Source: Calcarisporiella thermophila CBS 279.70
Taxonomy: Eukaryota; Fungi; Calcarisporiellomycota
Length of the DNA: 64,000 bases
Assembly (NCBI RefSeq): GCF_041956535.1
Contig: NW_027192196.1
Span: forward strand, 142,921 to 206,920
Reading direction: 5' to 3'
Shown in pieces: positions 63,101 through 64,000 of the stretch. The notes under the pieces were generated by a model that worked only from the letters and a program-made list of their open reading frames with translations, was not told where the DNA came from and searched no databases. Position 1 is the first letter of the stretch; each line of letters starts with the position of its first letter. A program made the translations under genes and the position numbers.

Positions 63101-64000
63101 GCGCAAGGTCCCCTTGCTGAGAGAGGTCTGCTTGCGAGTTGGCGTGCAGCTCGAAGCCCGCGACTACTGCTTCGAGCCGGTGCAGCACGAATCCGACGAA
63201 GACGCCGCCCCCGTTGCCCCTGAGTCTGGCCGCAATGGTCACAAAAAGGGCAAGAAGGCGCCGGCCGAGAAGAAAACCAAGCGGCCGCGCGTGACCACCT
63301 TCCTCCCCGAGGACGTGGTCGCATTGGTTCCCGTGGTCAAGGACTCCTCTCCCCGCAGCCAGTTTGCGGAGGAGTCCTTCGAGACGGGACGGCTCGCCCT
63401 CGCCCAAGGCCAACGCCAGCTGGGTGTGGAGCTGCTGCACGAGTCCTTGGCGCTGCACGAGCAGTGCTACGGGTTTGTGCACCCGGAGACGGCCCGGTGC
63501 TATGGATCCCTGGCGATGATCTACTACCAGTCGGAGGAGCGCGAGCTTGCCCTCGAGCTGCAGCGCAAGTCCGTCGTGGTTCTTGAGCGCACCTGTGGCG
63601 TCGACGCCCCCGAGACGATCCACGCCTACCTGAATCTCTCGCTCTTCGAGCACGCCGCCGGTAGAACCCGCCTGGCCCTACGTTACCTGAGACACGCCAT
63701 GAAGTACTGGGAGATCGTTTACGGAAGCGGGCACCCCGACTCCGCCACCGCCGACAATAACGTGGCGGTGATGCTCCAGCACCTCCGCGAGTTCACACTC
63801 AGCTGCCGCTTCTTTGAGCGCGCCTGTGCCGTCCAAGAGTCCATCTTCGGTAAGGACCACGTCCTCACCGCATCCGGCAACCACTTGCTTGCCAAATCGT
63901 ATGCCCTCACCGGCGATTTCAAGAAAGCGCTGGCGGTGGAGAAGCAGGCGTACAACATCTTCAAGGAGCGGCTCGGCGACGAGGATCCCCGCACCCGGGA
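60142..64000 (+). CDS. CLU1: Clustered mitochondria protein Clu1/TIF31; multi-exon, runs off the window end
   Basis: CLU_N, YTEREARIHVNRLRD, SLAVSGWNPPP, RDWNDELQ, DYKGERIVAQSIVPGI, LHRRGINIRYLG, TPR region. Confidence 0.95.

Overview
Eukaryotic DNA from an intron-containing fungal genome. The gene set (class C GPCR, DUF4436, Uma2 nuclease, DIRS elements) suggests an early-diverging lineage such as Mucoromycota or Zoopagomycota (inference). The window has two compartments. (1) An accessory island at about 1-23.7 kb holds a tandem array of intronless, LRR-only genes and pseudogenes built from 28-aa RI/NLRC3-like repeats. It also holds two copies of an intronless SnoaL-like/NmrA-like fusion gene, two decayed DIRS tyrosine-recombinase retrotransposons (one split by a complete Tc1 element), a solo LTR and an assembly gap. 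(2) A mostly housekeeping region holds a small secreted protein, a class C GPCR with a PH-like tail, EXO84, tRNA-Arg(ACG), ZIM17, RHO3, an F-box/WD40 protein, a RhoGAP, SMC2, a PaaI thioesterase, a CaMKK, a DUF4436 protein, TIM22, a Uma2 nuclease-C2H2 gene (plus a truncated duplicate), a Zn2Cys6 factor and CLU1. The strongest candidates for new biology are the LRR array, which shows whole-repeat indels and patchy gene-conversion-like tracts and is co-duplicated with the bacterial-type SnoaL-NmrA fusion; a structured intergenic island near 57.1-57.4 kb containing a telomere-template-like AACCCTAAC; and the GPCR-PH fusion. All calls are by-eye motif recognition; no searches were run.
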